From an uncultured Gammaproteobacteria bacterium (GTDB lineage: Bacteria; Pseudomonadota; Gammaproteobacteria; JAIEPX01): a stretch of 64,000 nt of DNA. The first letter of the stretch is position 1; every line of letters begins with the position of its first letter. The DNA lies in assembly GCA_964567285.1 (NCBI GenBank), contig CAZMLO010000006.1, positions 73,303 through 137,302 on the forward strand, in the 5' to 3' direction. Both the position numbers and the translations under genes were made by a program. Below are positions 1 through 11,126 of this stretch, one piece after another. The notes below the pieces were generated by a model. The model had not been told where the DNA came from. It ran no database searches and saw nothing but the letters and a program-made list of their open reading frames with translations.

Positions 1-1562
1 TTGAGGCTTTCGATTATAATAGTAAGGAGACGCATAAATTCATATATGATGTTGCTAAACTCATGTTAGACCATGGTAACGCACACGATGCTGTGAGATG
101 CTATAAAGAATTATTAGATATTCTTGAGTCATCACCCCATACAGAGCCTTTAAAAATCGGGATTTGTTTAAGGCATATGGGTCGAGCAATGCTAAATATT
201 AATTTAATTGAAGCAAGAGTTGTGCTTGAAAAAGCCTTACAGATTCTTCAAAAAAATAAACTCCCTACAGAGATTGGAATGTGTTTGAGCGACATCGGTT
301 TTTCTTTCTTAGACTCAGATGTTCCAATGGCTAGAGTTCAACTCGAACAAGCATTACCTGTTCTTAGATCAACATTGGGTAATCAACATCTTGAAGTGGG
401 GCTTTGTTTAAGGAGTTTAGGTTTTGTATTACTTAAGCTTAATACTCTGAATGAAGCGGAGCGTAGATTCGAAGAAGCATTGCCTATTCTCAAAAGAGAG
501 AAACACCCTCAGGCTGGGAATTGTTTACTTAATCAAGGGTCTATTATGATGACTAAAGACCCAAAAAGAGCAAAGCTACTATTTGAAGAAGCTTTGCAAA
601 TTCTCAAAACCACCTTTGGTGATAGACATATTGATGTTGCTAAGTGTTTGGCAAATCTGGGATGGACTAAACTGAATCTGAATGATTATGATAATGCCCT
701 GATACTGTTTAAGGATGCTTTACCAATCTTTGAAGAAATTCTAGATCAATATAATCCTGATATTGCCGGCTGCTTAATGGGTTTAGGAAGAGCCCTATTC
801 ATGTGTAAAAATCCCGAACAGTCAGTAAAATATTTAACAAGGGCCTTAGATATTTTTAAACGGTCTTTTCCTATGACTCATCATCATATACAAACATGTC
901 TAAGTTTTATATCAGAAGCAACACAAGCGTGTACTCTGCTCGATGATAGGAGGCTTGATCCAGCCAAAGCAATATGCGTAGCTGCCGCAGAGGGAACTGT
1001 TGAGGAATTACAAAGATTGCTAGCTATCAATAAAAAGTACGCCAATACTCCGGAGAGTGTTCCTGGTAAGAAGTTGACTGCACTACACTGCGCTGTAAAA
1101 GGTGGTCGATCAGAGCATGTCCGAGTATTGTTAGAAACAATAGGGTTTACTTCGGTAAAAGATGCTAAGGGATGCACTGCTTTAGATTATGCTATCGAGG
1201 GAAATGATATACAAATCTTACAATATTTCGCTTTTTCAATACTGAAACTGTATGAAAAAGAAACACACGATAATCAATATATGTTGCCTCTAGTCTGTGT
1301 AAAATCTAATAATGAGTCTGCTCTAAAGTTGTTAATTCATCTGAATTGGCCAATTGATGGTGTAGATCCAAAAACCGGGCAATCAGCATTACATGTAGCC
1401 GTTCTTCAGAGGAATATAAAATTCATAAAGATGTTAATAGAAGCTGGTGCAGATCCTCAGCTAGAAGATCACAAAGGCCAATCACCCATTACTTTGGCTG
1501 AAAATAGTCCCGATATATTGGAAATATTATCAATTAAGCTAAAACTGTCTTTGAATTACTAA
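1..1562 (+). CDS. TPR (kinesin-light-chain-like, ~42-aa period) + ankyrin-repeat protein, 5'-partial
   Basis: ORF 63..1562. In-frame codons 3..62 have no stop, so the N-terminus probably lies upstream of the window. About six repeats of the type A..FEEALPIL...H..VA.CL.NLG, followed by canonical ANK motifs (TALHCAVKGGRSEHVRVLLE; GQSALHVAVLQRNIKFIKMLIEAGADP). Confidence 0.7.
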   Translation, partial: EAFDYNSKETHKFIYDVAKLMLDHGNAHDAVRCYKELLDILESSPHTEPLKIGICLRHMGRAMLNINLIEARVVLEKALQILQKNKLPTEIGMCLSDIGFSFLDSDVPMARVQLEQALPVLRSTLGNQHLEVGLCLRSLGFVLLKLNTLNEAERRFEEALPILKREKHPQAGNCLLNQGSIMMTKDPKRAKLLFEEALQILKTTFGDRHIDVAKCLANLGWTKLNLNDYDNALILFKDALPIFEEILDQYNPDIAGCLMGLGRALFMCKNPEQSVKYLTRALDIFKRSFPMTHHHIQTCLSFISEATQACTLLDDRRLDPAKAICVAAAEGTVEELQRLLAINKKYANTPESVPGKKLTALHCAVKGGRSEHVRVLLETIGFTSVKDAKGCTALDYAIEGNDIQILQYFAFSILKLYEKETHDNQYMLPLVCVKSNNESALKLLIHLNWPIDGVDPKTGQSALHVAVLQRNIKFIKMLIEAGADPQLEDHKGQSPITLAENSPDILEILSIKLKLSLNY

Positions 1563-1758
1563 GCTGTATGAGTTGTTCGTTGGATATTCGTGTGTCTTGT
1601 ATTACTACAATCTTCTTGGAAGATTCCTGAGATGGCCGTCAGCCCAGGCTCAGATTGATGATTGTAATACATCTTTGGCCTTGTGGATGGACAGGGTCTC
1701 GCATCTTATCGGGCACTGCGGTATTATAATGCCAGATCAATAAGTTAAGAGGTTTAGA

Positions 1759-2082
1759 ATGACCTTTGTCGTGAGTGATAGTTGTATTCGGTGTAAATAC
1801 ATGGATTGCGTAGAAGTCTGCCCTGTGGATTGTTTCCGCGAAGGGCCCAATATGCTCGTCATCGATCCCGATGAATGCATCGATTGCAATCTCTGTGTGC
1901 CAGAATGCCCTGTCGATGCTATTTATGAAGAAGATGATCTTCCAGAAGATCAAAAAGCCTATATTGGACTGAATGCTGAATTATCCAAAAAATGGCCCTC
2001 GATTACCGTCAAAAAACAGCCTCCCGCCGATGCTGATGAGTGGAAAGATGTAAAAGATAAGCTGAAATATTTGGAGAAATAG
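1759..2082 (+). CDS. fdxA: 7Fe ferredoxin (Azotobacter-type ferredoxin I)
   Basis: [25 protein letters not shown]...[20 protein letters not shown] is near-colinear with Azotobacter FdI, including the C-terminal LNAEL..WP.IT motif. AGAGG SD lies upstream. Confidence 0.9.
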   Translation: MTFVVSDSCIRCKYMDCVEVCPVDCFREGPNMLVIDPDECIDCNLCVPECPVDAIYEEDDLPEDQKAYIGLNAELSKKWPSITVKKQPPADADEWKDVKDKLKYLEK

Positions 2083-2086
2083 TCCA

Positions 2087-2884
2087 ATGAATCATTATCT
2101 TAATATCAAAGAACTGAGTTGGTTGCTGCCTTTTGTTCGGGCCGGCTTTATTTTACTTATTGGTTATTATATTGCCTCTTATCTCTCGCGTAAATCGGAA
2201 ACAGTTTTTAAAGATTATGCCAGCCCACAATATTTAATGCTGATTAAAAAATCCGTCTATTTTGTGATTTTACTTTTATTCATCATTGCTTCATTGCAAC
2301 AGCTCGATTTTCAATTGAGTGTATTGTTAGGGTCTGCCGGTATTGCCACGGTAGCCATCGGTTTTGCAGCAAAAACCTCGATCTCGAATATGATTTGCGG
2401 ACTATTTTTGATTTTGGAAAAATCTTTTGTGGTGGGCGATACGATTAGCGTAAAAGGTCATCAGGGTGAGATCATGTCCATCGATTTACTCTCGATAAAA
2501 ATTCGCACCTCAGAAAATACGATGGTCCGATTACCGAACGAAGAAATTCTGAGCTCCGATGTGATGAATTTAACGCATTTTAAACAACGCCGTTTGGATA
2601 TTCTTGTTGGAATCAGTTATCAATCGGATTTGGTTGAAGTTCAAAAACTTCTGCTCAAAATTGCCGCAGACTGTCAATTCAATGTTCAAAAGCCAACAGC
2701 TTCCGTTATTCTAGAAAATTTTGGCGATACGGCCATCAATCTCAAACTGTCGGTCTGGGTGAATAAATCCGATTATTACGATGCCAAAGACAGCCTACAG
2801 CAAGCGATTAAGATCGCATTCGATCAACAAAGCATCGAAACGCCCTGCCCCCAAATGAAAATTCAAATGGTCGATAAAATTTAA
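2087..2884 (+). CDS. small-conductance mechanosensitive channel (MscS family)
   Basis: Three N-terminal TM helices, then an MscS beta-domain-like segment: [41 protein letters not shown]. Confidence 0.75.
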   Translation: MNHYLNIKELSWLLPFVRAGFILLIGYYIASYLSRKSETVFKDYASPQYLMLIKKSVYFVILLLFIIASLQQLDFQLSVLLGSAGIATVAIGFAAKTSISNMICGLFLILEKSFVVGDTISVKGHQGEIMSIDLLSIKIRTSENTMVRLPNEEILSSDVMNLTHFKQRRLDILVGISYQSDLVEVQKLLLKIAADCQFNVQKPTASVILENFGDTAINLKLSVWVNKSDYYDAKDSLQQAIKIAFDQQSIETPCPQMKIQMVDKI

Positions 2885-5535
2885 TCAGCAGCCAATTGCT
2901 CCAAAACGTAAGCTAAAATACCACCGTGTTGGAAATATTGCAGCTCATCGTTAGTGTCGATACGACAACGCAGAGGAATTGATCGTTGATCACCATTTTC
3001 ATTGGTCAGATCCATGTGCAAAGTTTTACCGGGTGAAATAGCGTCAAGCCCAATGATATCGATCACTTCTGAACCTGTTAAGGCCAAGGTTTTTTGATCC
3101 GTGCCTGGCAGAAATTCTAAGGGTAAAATGCCCATGCCGATTAAATTTGATCGGTGAATTCTTTCAAAGCTTTGAGCAATTACGGCTTTCACGCCCAATA
3201 ATCGCGTGCCTTTTGCGGCCCAATCCCGAGAAGACCCTGTGCCATATTCTTTACCTGCGATAATGACCAGCGGTGTTTTAGACGACAAATAGCGTTGTGA
3301 AGCATCGTAAATACTCATCACTTCTTGACTCGGAAAATGCCGTGTAAAACCGCCTTCTTTATCAGGTGTCATTAAATTGCGTAAGCGAATATTCGCAAAA
3401 GTGCCACGCACCATCACCTCATGATTGCCGCGTCTTGCACCATAAGAATTAAAATCCTTTTTCTGAACATTTTGAGAGAGTAAATACTGCCCTGCTGGCG
3501 ATTTTTCAGCGATCGATCCTGCAGGTGAAATATGATCGGTAGTAATACTATCGCCTAATAATGCAAGAATACGCGCGTTTTGAATATCCGTGGGTTTGCT
3601 ATGGTCAACAAAATAAGGGGGATGTTGAATATAGGTTGAATCAGTACGCCAGGTGTAAGTATCCGATTTTGAAGTGCCTAATTGCTGCCACTCTGCATCG
3701 CCTTTAAAGACATCGGCATATTGATCTTTGAACATTTTATCCTGAACCAGTTTAACTTCGGCATGGACTTGAGCATTGCTGGGCCACAGATCTTTGAGAA
3801 AAACGGGCTGGCCGTTTTTATCAGACCCCAAGGGTTCTTTGTGCAAATCAATTTTGGTTGTGCCGGCTAAAGCATAAGCAACCACCAAAGGCGGAGACGC
3901 TAACCAATTCGCTTTAACTTGGGGATGAATCCGACCTTCAAAATTTCGGTTGCCTGATAAAACTGCGCTGACGACCAAGCTATTATCGTCGATTGCTTTG
4001 GCGATAGGTTCATGCAAAGGCCCTGAATTTCCGATACAGGTGGTGCAACCATAGCCTACTAAATTGAAACCGAGTTGATCGAGGTAAGACTGTAATCCTG
4101 CTTTTTCTAAATAACTTGTGACCACTTTCGATCCCGGTGCAAGAGAGGTTTTAACCCACGGCTTTGTTGTTAATCCACGTTCGACAGCGTTTTTCGCTAA
4201 TAATCCAGCAGCCATTAATACACTGGGATTGGATGTGTTGGTACAGCTCGTAATCGCAGCAATGACCACAGCACCATGATCGAGTGATTCACCCCCTTCA
4301 AGGGTGATTGGTTTTGATTCAGTCGAGTTAGTTAGAGCTTGTTGTTGTTTTGCAAAAGCCTGAGGCAATTCTGAAAGCAATACTTTATCTTGTGGTCGAC
4401 GTGGTCCTGCTAAACTGGGCGCAACTTCGGATAAATCGAGATGCAGTGTTTCAGTAAAAACAGGCGCTTCAGAATTTTCATCGCGCCAGAGGCCCTGTGC
4501 TTTGGAATAGGCTTCCACCAAAGCGATTTGTGCGGCATCGCGTCCTGTTAACGCGAGGTAATTCAAAGTTTCTTGATCGACAGGGAAAAAGCCACAGGTT
4601 GCTCCGTATTCGGGCGCCATATTGGAGACGGTTGCTCGATCCGGTAAGCTGAGTTTTTCGAGACCCTCACCAAAAAATTCCACAAATTTATCGACTACGC
4701 CATGACTGCGTAAAATATGAGTGATAGTTAAAACCAAATCAGTGGCAGTAACACCTTCACGCAGTTCGCCGGTAATTTCAAATCCGACGACTTCCGGTGT
4801 CAGTAAGGTAATGGGCTGACCTAACATCGCCGCTTCTGCTTCAATTCCCCCGACACCCCAACCCAAGATGCCCAAGCCATTAATCATGGTGGTATGACTG
4901 TCCGTTCCGACCAATGTGTCGGGATAAGCAAAGGTTTTGCCGTTTATTTCTCGTGTCCAAACCACTTTGCCTAAATACTCTAAATTCACTTGGTGACAAA
5001 TTCCGGTACCCGGTGGAACCACGCTAAAATGATCGAAGGCTTCTTGACCCCAACGTAAAAATTCATAGCGTTCTCGGTTGCGTTCCATTTCGATATGAAC
5101 ATTATCGGCATAGGCGTGATTCGAAGCGTATTCATCGACTTGGACGGAGTGGTCAATAATTAAATCGACGGGTGTTAAAGGATTCACTTTTTTAGGATTG
5201 CCACCACGCTCTACCATTGCTGCTCTCATGGCTGCCAAATCAACAATGGCAGGAACACCGGTAAAATCTTGCATTAAAACGCGAGCCGGTGAAAAAAGAA
5301 TATTAGATTGAGTTGGATTAAGAGCCCAATTGGCTAGGGCTTTAATATCGTCTGCCTTAATTCGTGACCCATCTTCCCAGCGCAGTAAATTTTCCAGCAA
5401 AATTTTGAGTGTTTTTGGCAAGCGGTTAACAGCGGTTAATCCTGACTGTGCTAATTTTTCCAGTGAAAAAAATTGGTAAGACTGACCACCAACATTTAAA
5501 GTTTGTTCAGTATTAAAACTATTTTGCTGACTCAT
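2881..5535 (-). CDS. acnA: aconitate hydratase A
   Basis: 884 aa. Motifs: [61 protein letters not shown]. Confidence 0.95.
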   Translation of the reverse strand: MSQQNSFNTEQTLNVGGQSYQFFSLEKLAQSGLTAVNRLPKTLKILLENLLRWEDGSRIKADDIKALANWALNPTQSNILFSPARVLMQDFTGVPAIVDLAAMRAAMVERGGNPKKVNPLTPVDLIIDHSVQVDEYASNHAYADNVHIEMERNRERYEFLRWGQEAFDHFSVVPPGTGICHQVNLEYLGKVVWTREINGKTFAYPDTLVGTDSHTTMINGLGILGWGVGGIEAEAAMLGQPITLLTPEVVGFEITGELREGVTATDLVLTITHILRSHGVVDKFVEFFGEGLEKLSLPDRATVSNMAPEYGATCGFFPVDQETLNYLALTGRDAAQIALVEAYSKAQGLWRDENSEAPVFTETLHLDLSEVAPSLAGPRRPQDKVLLSELPQAFAKQQQALTNSTESKPITLEGGESLDHGAVVIAAITSCTNTSNPSVLMAAGLLAKNAVERGLTTKPWVKTSLAPGSKVVTSYLEKAGLQSYLDQLGFNLVGYGCTTCIGNSGPLHEPIAKAIDDNSLVVSAVLSGNRNFEGRIHPQVKANWLASPPLVVAYALAGTTKIDLHKEPLGSDKNGQPVFLKDLWPSNAQVHAEVKLVQDKMFKDQYADVFKGDAEWQQLGTSKSDTYTWRTDSTYIQHPPYFVDHSKPTDIQNARILALLGDSITTDHISPAGSIAEKSPAGQYLLSQNVQKKDFNSYGARRGNHEVMVRGTFANIRLRNLMTPDKEGGFTRHFPSQEVMSIYDASQRYLSSKTPLVIIAGKEYGTGSSRDWAAKGTRLLGVKAVIAQSFERIHRSNLIGMGILPLEFLPGTDQKTLALTGSEVIDIIGLDAISPGKTLHMDLTNENGDQRSIPLRCRIDTNDELQYFQHGGILAYVLEQLAAD

Positions 5536-5576
5536 TTCATAACCTCACTTAAAGAAATTTACACACTGCCATCCCA

Positions 5577-5695
5577 CTGGATCGCCACGTTCCGCTCGCG
5601 ATGATAGAAGTGATAGTTCATCACCCTGGATCGTCATGTGTTCGTGATGACACCGCCCCTGCCTCCGTCATCGCGAGCGAAGCGTGGCGATCCAG
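5577..5695. repeat. REP/MITE-like element: two inverted copies of a 29-nt repeat with a nested inner palindrome
   Basis: 5577-5605 is ctggatcgccacgttccgctcgcgatgat. 5667-5695 is gtcatcgcgagcgaagcgtggcgatccag, which is its reverse complement with 3-4 mismatches. An inner tcatcac/gtgatga palindrome lies between them. The same 29-mer recurs at 61380 and 62359. Confidence 0.75.
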
Positions 5696-5710
5696 AAAGA
5701 GCTATACACA

Positions 5711-8700
5711 TCAATAGGCAACTTCCACGGCATCGTTGCCATAGAGATGCTTTAAACTCTGTATTAAATCATTTTTGGGAAAAACCTTCCACTCATCTCC
5801 TAACAACATTCGGGCCCTGCCCTCTGAATTTTGGTAATTAATCAATACTCGGCAAGAACCTTGTTGAAACTGACGCAAGGTCGATTGTAAAGTTGGCAGC
5901 GTAGTTTCCATATTGGATATTTGAGTGGCATCAATCAGTAACGATTTGGCAAATTCACAGCGTGCCATCGAGAGATCCAAGATTCGCCTAGCGCTCATAC
6001 GAAGTCCTCCGCTGAACTCATCGATACTCACTTCGCCATCGATAATTAATAATTGATCCGCTTGAAGTAAAGGCCGGGCTTCTTCAAAGACTTCTGAAAA
6101 TACAGCAACTTCAATGATATCTTTACGATCTTCGATTTTCACAATGGCCATACGAGTATTTCGTTTAGTCATGAGTGTTCGAACGCTCACCACATAACCG
6201 GCCACCAACACTGTTTTTTTACGTTCGGTTGGTCGCAGGCTCGAAATATCATTGCTGATAAATTGGCGCAGTTCTTTTTCATATTGTTGAATAGGATGAC
6301 CACTTAAATAAAAACCGAGGGTTTCTTTTTCAGCTTGTAACCGTTCATCATCTCGCCAAGCAGGCACGCTCAGATATTCGACCTTAGTCGCCACATTCGT
6401 AGTAACCGCCATACCAAACAAATCTTGCTGACCAAATTCTTGATTTTTTCGGTGCTGATCGGAATAACGAAAGGCACTATCAATACTGGCTAATAAACTC
6501 GCTCGATGAGTGCCAAAATGATCCATCGCTCCTGCTTTGATTAAAGCTTCCAGCACACGACGATTCACTTTGCGCGTATCGACACGTTGGCAGAATTCGA
6601 ATAAATCCGTAAATGGCCCTTCTTTTCGCGCCTCTATAATATTATCAATGGCGGCTTCTCCCACGCCTTTTAAAGCACCTAAGCCATAAATTAAATGGGG
6701 TTTGCCGTTCGAAACAGATTGATAGTTCACAGTAAATTTATAATGGCTTTTATTCAGATCCGGTGGCTCAACCACCAAACCATTTTCTTCAGCATCTAAA
6801 ATAAAATTCACAACTTTATCGGTATTATCCATATCAGAAGATAAAACGGCTGCCATAAATTCTGCTGGGTAATAGGTTTTTAACCACGCTGTTTGATAGG
6901 ATAATAATGCATAAGTCGCTGAGTGCGATTTATTAAAACCATAGCCCGCAAATTTTTCCATCAAATCAAAAATTTGATTGGCTCGATCTTCAGGCACTTC
7001 TCGTTCTTTGCAACCGGTCACAAAAATTTCACGCTGCTCTGCCATTTCTTCCGCTTTTTTCTTACCCATTGCGCGACGTAATAAATCGGCAGCACCTAAA
7101 GTATAGCCTGCTAAAAATTGCGCAATCTGCATCACCTGCTCTTGGTATAAAATCACCCCATAAGTGGGTTTTAAAATGGGTGCTAAATCAGGATGCAAAT
7201 ATTCAACTCGTGCACGGCCGTGTTTACGATCGATAAAATCATCTACCATGCCCGATTGTAATGGACCGGGACGAAACAAAGCGACCAAGGCAATAATTTC
7301 TTCAAAAGCATCGGGTTTTAAGCGTTTAATTAAATCTTTCATGCCGCGGGATTCAAGCTGGAATACTGCAGTTGTGTTGCAGGCTTGCAGTAATTTAAAC
7401 ACTTTTTGATCGTTGAGGGGAATGGCTAAAATATCGATCGGTGTCTGACCTTGGTGTTGACGATGTGCATTAATCGTTTGGAGTGCCCAATCAATAATAG
7501 TCAGAGTACGTAAACCTAAAAAGTCGAATTTCACTAAACCTACGGCTTCCACATCGTCTTTGTCAAATTGCGTTACCAAATTTTCGCCGTTTTCTTCGCA
7601 ATAAAGCGGCGTAAAATCTGTTAATTTTGAAGGGGCAATCACCACACCACCGGCATGTTTTCCAGCATTACGAGAAATGCCTTCCAATTTTAGGGCCAAA
7701 TCAATCAGTGTCTTCACTTCTTCTTCGTTATAATAGCGGTTGAGCAATGTTTCGTCTTGTTTTAAAGCTTTTTCAAGTGTCATCCCCAACTCAAAGGGAA
7801 TTAATTTAGCGATTTTATCGACAAAACCGTAGGGATGTGAAAGTACCCGCCCCACATCGCGTACCACCGCTTTGGCCGCCATAGAACCGTACGTAATAAT
7901 CTGAGCCACACTGTCACGACCGTATTTTTCCGCCACATATTCAATGACGCGATCACGCCCCTCCATACAAAAATCAATATCAAAGTCCGGCATAGAAACG
8001 CGTTCAGGATTTAAAAAGCGCTCAAATAGTAATTCAAATTCGAGTGGATCAAGATCAGTAATATCCAGTGAATAAGCCACCAAAGAACCTGCACCAGAAC
8101 CCCGTCCTGGCCCCACCGGAATATTATTTTGTTTGGCCCACCGAATAAAATCTGCCACGATTAAAAAATAGCCTTCGAATCCCATAGAAGTGATGACATC
8201 GAGCTCTACTTCGAGACGATTAAGATATTCTTGTTTTTTTTCATCTGTCAGAGAAGCAGATGATTGTCTGATTTTTTCTAGACGATTATTCAATCCATTC
8301 CGAGCTTCACGTCGAAAGAATTCATCCGTTGTCATCCCTTCAGGAACGGGAAATTTGGGCAAATAATTTTTGCCAAGCGTTAAAGGGAGTGTGCATCGTT
8401 TAGAAATTTCAACAGAATTTTCCAGTGCTTCTGGAATATCCGCAAACAATGTGGCCATTTCTTCAGGCGTTCGGAGATATTGTTTCTCACTGTAAAGACG
8501 GGGTCGAGAAGGATCTTCAAGGGTGTAACCCCCATTAATGCAAACCCGCGCTTCGTGTGCTTCAAATTCATCAGCTTCTAAAAATCGCACATCGTTGGTG
8601 GCAACCACAGGCAATTGGAATTTTTGGGCCAACTGCAGATTGAGCTGCACTAGCTTTTCCTCATCAGCCCGTCCCGTCCGAATTAATTCCAAATAAAATC

Positions 8701-9190
8701 GACCCGGGAATAAGGCAGACCATTCTGCGGCCAAAGATTCGGCAAGTGCGGCATTGCCCGTCAAGAGAGCCTGTCCCAAATCACCCATTTTGCCTGCCGA
8801 TAAAGCAATCAGTCCTTCCGTTGAACCTGCTAGCCAGGACTTATCGATCAGGGGTGCCCCATTATCTTGGCCATCAAGATAAGCCTTTGATATTAAACGA
8901 GTTAAATTGCCGTACCCGATTTTATTTTGACAGAGTAAAACCAACCGACTAGGCGCGACTTTCGGGTTAGGACTGGCGATCAGTAATTCAGCGCCAATAA
9001 TCGGTTTAATCCCAGCCGCCAAAGCCGCCTTGTAAAATTTCACCATTCCAAACAGATTACAATGATCTGTAATCGCCACCGCCTTCATCCCCGCCGCTTT
9101 CGCTGCAGAAACCAAGGGTTTAATGCGCACAATACCATCCACGAGCGAATACTCGGTATGAAGATGGCAATGCACAAAAGAGGCGGACAT
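5711..9190 (-). CDS. dnaE: DNA polymerase III alpha subunit
   Basis: 1159 aa. PHP domain start FVHCHLHTEYSLVDG. Polymerase core motifs: PDFDIDF, GLVKFDFLGLRTL, FNKSHSATYAL. Confidence 0.97.
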   Translation of the reverse strand: MSASFVHCHLHTEYSLVDGIVRIKPLVSAAKAAGMKAVAITDHCNLFGMVKFYKAALAAGIKPIIGAELLIASPNPKVAPSRLVLLCQNKIGYGNLTRLISKAYLDGQDNGAPLIDKSWLAGSTEGLIALSAGKMGDLGQALLTGNAALAESLAAEWSALFPGRFYLELIRTGRADEEKLVQLNLQLAQKFQLPVVATNDVRFLEADEFEAHEARVCINGGYTLEDPSRPRLYSEKQYLRTPEEMATLFADIPEALENSVEISKRCTLPLTLGKNYLPKFPVPEGMTTDEFFRREARNGLNNRLEKIRQSSASLTDEKKQEYLNRLEVELDVITSMGFEGYFLIVADFIRWAKQNNIPVGPGRGSGAGSLVAYSLDITDLDPLEFELLFERFLNPERVSMPDFDIDFCMEGRDRVIEYVAEKYGRDSVAQIITYGSMAAKAVVRDVGRVLSHPYGFVDKIAKLIPFELGMTLEKALKQDETLLNRYYNEEEVKTLIDLALKLEGISRNAGKHAGGVVIAPSKLTDFTPLYCEENGENLVTQFDKDDVEAVGLVKFDFLGLRTLTIIDWALQTINAHRQHQGQTPIDILAIPLNDQKVFKLLQACNTTAVFQLESRGMKDLIKRLKPDAFEEIIALVALFRPGPLQSGMVDDFIDRKHGRARVEYLHPDLAPILKPTYGVILYQEQVMQIAQFLAGYTLGAADLLRRAMGKKKAEEMAEQREIFVTGCKEREVPEDRANQIFDLMEKFAGYGFNKSHSATYALLSYQTAWLKTYYPAEFMAAVLSSDMDNTDKVVNFILDAEENGLVVEPPDLNKSHYKFTVNYQSVSNGKPHLIYGLGALKGVGEAAIDNIIEARKEGPFTDLFEFCQRVDTRKVNRRVLEALIKAGAMDHFGTHRASLLASIDSAFRYSDQHRKNQEFGQQDLFGMAVTTNVATKVEYLSVPAWRDDERLQAEKETLGFYLSGHPIQQYEKELRQFISNDISSLRPTERKKTVLVAGYVVSVRTLMTKRNTRMAIVKIEDRKDIIEVAVFSEVFEEARPLLQADQLLIIDGEVSIDEFSGGLRMSARRILDLSMARCEFAKSLLIDATQISNMETTLPTLQSTLRQFQQGSCRVLINYQNSEGRARMLLGDEWKVFPKNDLIQSLKHLYGNDAVEVAY

Positions 9191-9378
9191 GCAGTTTTCC
9201 TTAGGTCTTTTCAGTAACGCCTACTGTATATCGAGTGAGCTTAGGCATGCAAGTTTGTATAGTGCTTACAGGCCTACTGGAATTGGGCAAAGAATCTACA
9301 GCAAAGTAAATTAGCAGGTAAAACTGGACTGCTATTACAAAGGTAGTCCATCGTCTTCTTGAGCCTTTTCCCCCTTTA

Positions 9379-9966
9379 CTAAGCCTTTTGGAGATGCAAT
9401 TTGACGGGGCCGAAACTTTTGCGGTGGATTTTACAGGGTCCTAAGGCTTGCAATGAAGCGAGGTGGGTTCGGGTGCCGTAGCCTTTATGTTGAGCGAATC
9501 CATAGCCGGGGAAATGTTGATCTAAGGCTACCATCTCTCGATCCCGGGTTACTTTTGCTAGAATCGATGCCGCGCTAATCAGGGGTTCAATTTGATCGCC
9601 GTTGACGATCGTTTCTACTGTACACTCAAGTTTGGGATTTTGGTTGCCATCGACAAGGGCGTGTCGTGGCCGTATTTCAAGCGCTTCGACAGCACGTCGC
9701 ATGGCAAGTAAAGTGGCTTGAAGAATATTGAGCTCATCGATTTCCTCGACTTCTGCTCGGCCGACGGCCCAAGACAGTGCCGAGGCTGTGATAATGTCGT
9801 AGAGTTCTTCTCGTTGCTTTTCTGAGAGTGTTTTCGAATCTCTGAGGGTGCTCATAGACTGTGCGGAGGGCATAATCACGGCTGCAGCCATCACCGGCCC
9901 TGCCAAAGGGCCGCGCCCTACTTCGTCGATGCCGACTGTCCATTCGGTATATATTCGTTTACTCAT
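9379..9966 (-). CDS. rnhB: ribonuclease HII
   Basis: [14 protein letters not shown]..., [11 protein letters not shown] and [10 protein letters not shown] motifs. Conserved position upstream of dnaE. Confidence 0.95.
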   Translation of the reverse strand: MSKRIYTEWTVGIDEVGRGPLAGPVMAAAVIMPSAQSMSTLRDSKTLSEKQREELYDIITASALSWAVGRAEVEEIDELNILQATLLAMRRAVEALEIRPRHALVDGNQNPKLECTVETIVNGDQIEPLISAASILAKVTRDREMVALDQHFPGYGFAQHKGYGTRTHLASLQALGPCKIHRKSFGPVKLHLQKA

Positions 9967-10071
9967 CCTCTACTTCCTTGTTAACATTGTACCCATGCTA
10001 GGGGTCAAAACTTGCTGATCCTAGCAAAAGCTGCGAGAATTGTCGTCTATTTTTCGAGAGGGGTTTTTATT

Positions 10072-11037
10072 GTGAAAAAATGTCGTGTTGCTGTTGTCGG
10101 TGTGGGTTACTTAGGTCAGTATCATGCCGAGAAATTTTCACAATCGCCTCAAGCAGAGTTAGTCGCGGTTTGTGACCATAATCCCGAACGTGCTGATGAA
10201 ATTGCGTCTAAATTAGGCGTGCAAGCGGTTTATGAATATCATGAACTGGTGGATCTCGTTGATGCAGTCAGTGTTGTTGTACCCACTTCATTGCACCATA
10301 AAGTCGCTAAATTATTTTTAACTGAACATAAACATGTATTATTGGAAAAACCACTGACACGATCCGTGGAAGAAGCAAATGATTTGATTCAAACTGCTAA
10401 TGCCAATAATGTAATTTTGCAAGTCGGACATTTAGAGCGATTTAACCCTGTCGTTAAAGCAATTTCTCCGTTAATCAATCATCCGCGATTCATTGAATGC
10501 ATTCGCGTTTCACCGTATAAACCGCGTGTTACTGACATCAATGTGATACTGGACGTGATGATTCATGATATTGATTTACTCTTAAATTGGCTTAAATCAC
10601 CGATTAAATCCATCAGTGCTCGAGGCTCAAAAGTTTTAACCGATCGCATTGATTTTGCGAACGCTCATTTAGAATTTGAAAATGGTTGTGCTGCGAATAT
10701 TACGGCCTCACGCGTTAGTTCAAAATCCCAACGAGAAATTAGAATCTCCCAACACGATGCCTACATCGAAGGCGATCTACAACAGAAAAAATTATTCATC
10801 CACCACAAAAATCACGACGAACCCCACAACTCCCTCATGCAAGAAGAAACTTTCGATCTCGGCGATGCCTTACGCGACGAATGCGAAGCCTTTCTCTGCA
10901 GCATCCTCAACAACACCCCACCCCAAGTTCCCGCCGAAGCCGGCCGCTCTGCCCTCATCACCGCCCTAGATATCACCCGAATTATCGCCGAACAATTGGC
11001 CGCTGATCATTCAGAAGCTCCTGCTCATGCAGGCTAA
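10072..11037 (+). CDS. Gfo/Idh/MocA-family NAD-dependent oxidoreductase (possible UDP-GlcNAc 3-dehydrogenase GnnA-like)
   Basis: Rossmann start (V)KKCRVAVVGVGYLGQYH and the EKP motif (LLEKPL). GTG at 10072 preferred over the ORF-track start 10012 because a GAGAGGGG SD lies ~8 nt upstream. Adjacent to lpxB. Confidence 0.8.
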   Translation: MKKCRVAVVGVGYLGQYHAEKFSQSPQAELVAVCDHNPERADEIASKLGVQAVYEYHELVDLVDAVSVVVPTSLHHKVAKLFLTEHKHVLLEKPLTRSVEEANDLIQTANANNVILQVGHLERFNPVVKAISPLINHPRFIECIRVSPYKPRVTDINVILDVMIHDIDLLLNWLKSPIKSISARGSKVLTDRIDFANAHLEFENGCAANITASRVSSKSQREIRISQHDAYIEGDLQQKKLFIHHKNHDEPHNSLMQEETFDLGDALRDECEAFLCSILNNTPPQVPAEAGRSALITALDITRIIAEQLAADHSEAPAHAG

Positions 11038-11092
11038 ATGAATTGGTACGGTATTGATCCTGATTAATTTTTAATCATAATCATGACTTGAC

Positions 11093-11121
11093 TTGACTTG
11101 ATTAACCAGGGGATATATAAT
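11093..11121 (+). promoter_or_regulatory. near-consensus sigma70 promoter of the toxin-antitoxin pair
   Basis: TTGACT (11093-11098), 17-nt spacer, TATAAT (11116-11121). The -35 lies inside three tandem ACTTG pentamers (11086-11100). The -10 ends 5 nt before the toxin ATG (11127) and there is no SD, so the mRNA may be leaderless. Confidence 0.5.
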
Positions 11122-11126
11122 TACAT

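Noticed and set aside
5638-5841. 67-aa ORF (MFVMTPPLPPSSRAKRGDPE...)
   Set aside because: It is a read-through of the 29-nt REP-like repeat and of the antisense of the dnaE 3' end. It has no SD. The same SSRAKRGDPE string would arise wherever the repeat occurs.
9320-9350. Hairpin tggact-N14-agtcca downstream of rnhB as a terminator
   Set aside because: The stem is only 6 bp, the loop is large and the T-tract is weak. rnhB and dnaE are probably co-transcribed as in other bacteria.
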